From Candidatus Aminicenantaceae bacterium (GTDB lineage: Bacteria > Acidobacteriota > Aminicenantia > Aminicenantales > Aminicenantaceae), in assembly GCA_041862375.1 (NCBI GenBank), contig JBGVTE010000126.1:70776-134775 (forward strand): DNA of 64,000 nt. Direction: 5' to 3'. The stretch's first letter is position 1; every line of letters begins with the position of its first letter. Positions 59,963-64,000 of the stretch are shown piece by piece. The position numbers and the translations under genes are program-made. The notes below the pieces were generated by a model, which was given only the letters and a program-made list of their open reading frames with translations, searched no databases and was not told the DNA's origin.

Positions 59963-62938
59963 TTAAAAATCAAAGCCTATCCAGAATTTTGTCTCAAAAT
60001 CTCCGATGACATCGTAGTCAAAAGGCTTTGATATATCAGGAAATTCAAGGCGTTTGACGAATTCAAGATGAATTGGTATTCCTAAAAAGAAGAATTCAAA
60101 ACCATAGCCAAATGAGCCGATTGAATCAACTTCCCTGAGTATGGAATATCCAAACTCGTCAAATCCAACATAACTATAGAATTTAGCCGGATATCCTTTG
60201 AGTTTAGCGCGGGCAACATCGACGAATAGAGTTCCCCGGATAGGCCCTATCTGGCCGATGATGGTTGAAGCAGCGTTTATGATTGGAAACCGTAACTCAG
60301 CATTAACAAACCATCCTTCGTGGGCAATGATATTTGCATAGTGAGCGGAGCGGACTTGGTTATTGCCTCCAAAGTAGTAAACAAAGGGATCTCTGCCGCG
60401 ACTGGCAAAACCCTCAAACCGGACGGCGAAGATGATATCTGCGCCGAGGTTTGTGTATTTACGAAGGTCAACTTGAATATTTGTATTCTGGAGGAAGCTA
60501 TCTGATACTGGGATCGCCTGGGCAAGAGACAGCATGAAAGTGTTCCCCGCTGCAGGGCCATAGTATTTGAAACGCGTAGTTTCTCCGACAAGAGAAAAGG
60601 AAGCTGAGAGCCAGTTGCCATTCCAGAAGCCTGTGTAAGAACCTCCAGAAAGGAAAAGAGACTCCTTTATAAAAGGATCGAGAAAATCTTCTTCATAGCG
60701 ATAGAAGCCGAGTGAGGCTTGACCGCGGTAGTACTTATTGAAGGGATAGTAAGTACTTAAGTTTATTCCTGTGATTTTTCGAGTGGCTATCGCATCTCGG
60801 TAACTCATATAATTGTATAATGTCGGGTCATAGTAAGCGTAAGGAGGATAATAAAAGAGGGTGTACTGGAAGGCACTGGCCATATACTGGAATCTTCTTT
60901 TTTGATTTAAGTAAGCAAAGTAGTAAGATCGAAAACTTCGCACTTGATAAGCCATCAGGTAAAATGTATGGTCTCCCAGCAAATCAGCGAAAGAGATCGC
61001 AGACCCACCATAGAGAGAGCCATCTGAGGAAACAATGGCATCAATAGGAGGTCGGGAGGTTAGGTATAATTTCCCGACTCCTTTATGGGGCTTTATTTTT
61101 TCTTCGTTTATCTCCAGACTGACAATTGGCTCGAATATTTTAACACTCTTCGGTTCCTGTATCTCCTTAAAAGCAATTGTTTTTTCTGCCTCCCCTTCAA
61201 GTTCGCTCTTAAATATCTGGAACGCTCCCTTATGAAAAGAAGAGAAAATTATCTTTTTTGATTCATTAGGCATTGGAGAAGGGAAAAGATTTCCGGTTCT
61301 TACATCTGTATATCGCCTGAGCTCACCGCTTTCCAAGTCTATTGAATAAATATTGTAGGCGTCTCTCATGTCACCAGAAAAGTAGATTTCTTTTGAGTCA
61401 TGAGAAAACTGGGGGGCAACTGTATTTCCTCTGCCAAAGGTCAGCTGAGTCTTTTTCCGTAAGTTATTAATAGGCGAAATAACGAGCTTATCATAGGTAT
61501 CGATACGAATCGTATAGGCTACAGTTCTCCCATCCGGGGAGATTGTCGGGGCTTTCTCGTAGAGTTCGTCTTCAGTCAGGTTGAGAATTTTCCCGTTTGA
61601 AAGGTTTACTTTAAAAATATCGTGTGTTCCTTTATGAAATCCTGAAAAGAGGAGCTCTTCTCCACTGGGAAGAAAGCAGGGAGAAGCGGGCTGATCCACA
61701 GATATATTGATTTTCTTGATAGTTTTCCCTGATAAAGCATCAATGACAAAAAGAGAATGTTTTTGTCCCGTCCGAGCAAAAAATGTAATCTGATCTCCAT
61801 CTGAAGACCAGGCAATATCTCTTCCGTAAGTGGGATCAAGGTAAGCATTATACTTGATGTACTCATACTTAAGCGTGTATCCTTTAGTTATGTTCTTTAT
61901 AACAGAACCATCTTTGGTTGAGATGAGGAGGATATCGAAGTCGTAGTCCCTGCTGTTGAGAGTTAAGACTGCCAGGATATCTCCGGAAGGAGAAAGGACG
62001 TGGGAGAAGGCAAAATAGTACGGGTTTAAAGGGAAGTGAGGACCGAGAGGAACGCTGTAATTTTCAGGATTATCTCTCATTAGGAAATCGTTAAAACGAT
62101 TGCGGAGGTATTTTTTGAATTCGAAGTTAAAATCCTCTGGTTTATATTTGAAGACTTTATTTACTGGGTCTTTTTTTCCCACAAGAGCAGTATGTTTAAG
62201 GGAATTCCAGAGCTGACGAATTCCGCTTTTGCCGAATTTGTACTCGAGAAAATCATAAATTGCATGGCCGAATTCATAATTCGGGTCGCGGGGCGTAGGA
62301 TACCTGGAAAAGAGATTTCCAGCTTTCGATAATTCTGGTATTCTGTCGTTTAGGACAGCATCTCTGACCACCATCAAGGATATAGGCGACCAGAATTCAG
62401 TGTTGTACTCGGCCTGGCCTTCAATAACCCAAAGAGGAGGCTGTCTTACATCATATATAGGTCCAGCCTGGCTTCCATAAAGCATTGAATACTGGAAAAT
62501 ATGGGTTAACTCGTGTTCTGTAAGGTCTTGGAGAGCATCCAGAGACATGTCTCCTTGGAGAACAATTCGATGGAGTACACTCTCGGCAAAGGCCATGACG
62601 CTTTCAGGAACTTGACCTGGGAAGAGATTTGTCTGTTCAAAGTCAGTGTGAGTAGTATAAAAGATAATAGGGACCGGTTTAGATAGCTGATATTTAAGAT
62701 CATCACTAATCCGAGCATAAGCACTCTCAGCCAGTTCAGCTACATTTTTTAGTACATTAGGATCATCAGCGTAGTAGTAGATGTCGAAATGTTCAGTCTG
62801 GTAGTGATTCCAGTCGAATTTTTCATATAGAACTTTGTTTTTCCCGTAATAGGGGAAGTAGATGAATTGAGCTAAACCGGCAGAAGCTATAAATGAGAAG
62901 ATTAAAAAAAATAAGAGAAGTTTTATATAATGTTTCAT
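59963..62938 (-). CDS. Large outer-membrane protein: signal peptide + HExxH metallopeptidase-like domain + PD40/TolB-like beta-propeller + C-terminal beta-barrel
   Basis: 991 aa with a signal peptide (..ASAGLAQ), HELTH...EGQAEY zinc-peptidase-like motifs and repeated PD40-like SPDG/SSDG/SHDS motifs. The C-terminal ~380 aa are rich in alternating aromatics and end ...KFWIGFDF, a typical OMP C-terminal signal. Confidence 0.55.
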   Translation of the reverse strand: MKHYIKLLLFFLIFSFIASAGLAQFIYFPYYGKNKVLYEKFDWNHYQTEHFDIYYYADDPNVLKNVAELAESAYARISDDLKYQLSKPVPIIFYTTHTDFEQTNLFPGQVPESVMAFAESVLHRIVLQGDMSLDALQDLTEHELTHIFQYSMLYGSQAGPIYDVRQPPLWVIEGQAEYNTEFWSPISLMVVRDAVLNDRIPELSKAGNLFSRYPTPRDPNYEFGHAIYDFLEYKFGKSGIRQLWNSLKHTALVGKKDPVNKVFKYKPEDFNFEFKKYLRNRFNDFLMRDNPENYSVPLGPHFPLNPYYFAFSHVLSPSGDILAVLTLNSRDYDFDILLISTKDGSVIKNITKGYTLKYEYIKYNAYLDPTYGRDIAWSSDGDQITFFARTGQKHSLFVIDALSGKTIKKINISVDQPASPCFLPSGEELLFSGFHKGTHDIFKVNLSNGKILNLTEDELYEKAPTISPDGRTVAYTIRIDTYDKLVISPINNLRKKTQLTFGRGNTVAPQFSHDSKEIYFSGDMRDAYNIYSIDLESGELRRYTDVRTGNLFPSPMPNESKKIIFSSFHKGAFQIFKSELEGEAEKTIAFKEIQEPKSVKIFEPIVSLEINEEKIKPHKGVGKLYLTSRPPIDAIVSSDGSLYGGSAISFADLLGDHTFYLMAYQVRSFRSYYFAYLNQKRRFQYMASAFQYTLFYYPPYAYYDPTLYNYMSYRDAIATRKITGINLSTYYPFNKYYRGQASLGFYRYEEDFLDPFIKESLFLSGGSYTGFWNGNWLSASFSLVGETTRFKYYGPAAGNTFMLSLAQAIPVSDSFLQNTNIQVDLRKYTNLGADIIFAVRFEGFASRGRDPFVYYFGGNNQVRSAHYANIIAHEGWFVNAELRFPIINAASTIIGQIGPIRGTLFVDVARAKLKGYPAKFYSYVGFDEFGYSILREVDSIGSFGYGFEFFFLGIPIHLEFVKRLEFPDISKPFDYDVIGDFETKFWIGFDF

Positions 62939-62953
62939 GGTAACTCCTTATTT

Positions 62954-63673
62954 TTAATCAGTTATAAGATATCTTTGCTGAATTTTTTCCTCACCAAAGA
63001 TAGTTCGGAAGAATATTAATCTAACTCTCTCCATGAGGTCGAAAAAGGCAAAGTTGGCAGTCTGTTTTGGATTTGGATACCCTTTTGATTCTTTAAAATT
63101 TCTCTCGTAAATAAGCTCCCCTGATTTTGAGTTTATGAGATAGAGGTTAAGAACAAGAGTGAAGAATTTGCGTTGTGCCAGTCCTTTTTCAGGAGTGAGG
63201 TAAAGATCCGCTGAACGCATCGTGCGTCTATCTAGGATCGCTTTCCTCGTTTCTTGAGAGAATTGGACATCTCCGGTAAGAAATACCGTCTCTTCTGACT
63301 CAGGTAAAAGAGTTTGCCAGAATTCTTTGTTTTTAAAGAGGTCTTTTTTTTCCCAAGAAATCTCTTTAGAGACAATTTGCCCCTTGTAATTTTTTGCGAG
63401 CTCACTAGAAAAGAAATCGTTCAGTTCCTTGTTGAGGTTTAAATCTTTTGTTTCTTTTTCAATCAAGAAATTGGTGATTATAAGTTCTTTATACTGGTCC
63501 AAGTTAATGGAAGTAACTCTGGGTATTTCAATCTCTAGCTTCCAATAGTTTACAGATTTACAAGAAAAATGGAAGATGATTACACAAATGAATAAAATAT
63601 TAAATTTTTTCATTTTTTTCTTTCTTGAATACTTCATAGTTTTCTTTGAAATTATTATAATTCGCCTCAACAT
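62954..63673 (-). CDS. Putative lipoprotein (hypothetical)
   Basis: 239-aa ORF. A likely internal start MKKFNILFICVIIFHFSC gives a signal peptide with Cys. No domain recognised. Confidence 0.5.
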   Translation of the reverse strand: MLRRIIIISKKTMKYSRKKKMKKFNILFICVIIFHFSCKSVNYWKLEIEIPRVTSINLDQYKELIITNFLIEKETKDLNLNKELNDFFSSELAKNYKGQIVSKEISWEKKDLFKNKEFWQTLLPESEETVFLTGDVQFSQETRKAILDRRTMRSADLYLTPEKGLAQRKFFTLVLNLYLINSKSGELIYERNFKESKGYPNPKQTANFAFFDLMERVRLIFFRTIFGEEKIQQRYLITD

Positions 63674-63959
63674 AGGAATTGTTAGGGCTCAGCTTCAACG
63701 CTAACTCGTATTCTTTTTTTGCTTCTTCCCAAAGCCCTTTTTTCTCGTAAGCTACTGCTAGGTTGTTGTGAGCAGCAGCAGAGTTAGGATTGGAGCGAAT
63801 TACCTTTTTCCAGCGAAAAATTGCCTCGTCCCATAAATCTCTCTGAGCAGATGCAATCCCAAAATGGAGATGTTGGTTAAGGAAAGGACGAGCGCAGCTA
63901 GAGAAAACAATAATGAGGAAAGTAAAGAAAATTAACAACAAGATGATTTTTTTCATCAT
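63600..63959 (-). CDS. TPR-repeat lipoprotein (BamD-like?)
   Basis: 119 aa with lipobox FSSC and two or three TPR repeats (AHNNLAVAYEKKGLWEEAKKEYELALKLSPNN). Confidence 0.65.
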   Translation of the reverse strand: MMKKIILLLIFFTFLIIVFSSCARPFLNQHLHFGIASAQRDLWDEAIFRWKKVIRSNPNSAAAHNNLAVAYEKKGLWEEAKKEYELALKLSPNNSYVEANYNNFKENYEVFKKEKNEKI

Positions 63960-64000
63960 TATATAATTATTATTCCCTATATTAGTTTTTTTTTCAATAA

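Noticed and set aside
1-64000. Mobile elements, CRISPR arrays, prophage or defence islands
   Set aside because: I found no transposase, integrase, Cas-like or phage structural ORFs and no regularly spaced short direct repeats. The window reads as conserved core chromosome throughout.

Overview
This is a 64-kb stretch of a low-GC bacterial chromosome, probably a diderm anaerobe. Evidence for that: Rnf complex, EtfAB, polyferredoxins, and an outer-membrane beta-barrel protein with lipoproteins. Coding is dense on both strands and almost all of it is core housekeeping. I saw no rRNA, CRISPR, transposase, integrase or phage genes. Gene content from left to right, all read by me from the supplied translations (no database search was possible):
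- 1-3.7 kb: partial xseA, ymdB-rny, zapA with a small coiled-coil gene.
- 3.7-10.1 kb: pheT-pheS-rplT-rpmI-infC-thrS preceded by tRNA-Val(GAC). infC appears to start at an AUU codon.
- 10.3-16.5 kb: a YfcE-like phosphoesterase, then an operon of cpgS-like P-loop protein, carbamate kinase, ornithine carbamoyltransferase and a 682-aa unknown protein.
- 16.5-24.7 kb: a SelB C-terminal-like winged-helix protein start-overlapping RNase R; coaX-birA-valS.
- 25.0-36.3 kb: a stand-alone receiver-domain protein, dnaE, guaA, archaeal-type phosphoglycerate mutase, an AmiC-like amidase, and a Tat-DUF362 protein with a membrane polyferredoxin.
- 36.5-42.5 kb: etfBA and fabF-acpP-fabG-plsX-rpmF-yceD.
- 43.0-50.1 kb: polA, a zinc-ribbon/TPR Ser/Thr kinase and a GNAT-like protein.
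- 50.3-57.3 kb: rnfCDGEAB-rseC-(Tat/NusG_II-like)-apbE.
- 57.3-59.9 kb: dnaN-dnaA with flanking DnaA-box and AT-rich regions (candidate oriC).
- 59.9-64.0 kb: an outer-membrane operon (TPR lipoprotein, lipoprotein, 991-aa HExxH + PD40 + beta-barrel protein).
The most interesting signals:
(1) A recurring 20-nt motif (ATCAYSGRAAAAAAAGATGCTTA) lies at a fixed distance upstream of -35 hexamers for tRNA-Val, the receiver-domain gene and the rnf operon, and upstream of valS.
(2) Two GC-rich nested-palindrome intergenic elements flank the receiver-domain gene; one is bounded by a perfect 19-bp inverted copy of that motif.
(3) A SelB domain III-IV module with no GTPase domain is translationally coupled to RNase R.
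(4) A cpgS-like/carbamate kinase/OTC operon has no arginine deiminase and carries a 682-aa E/K-tailed unknown protein.
(5) The unusual outer-membrane operon adjacent to the dnaA origin region.
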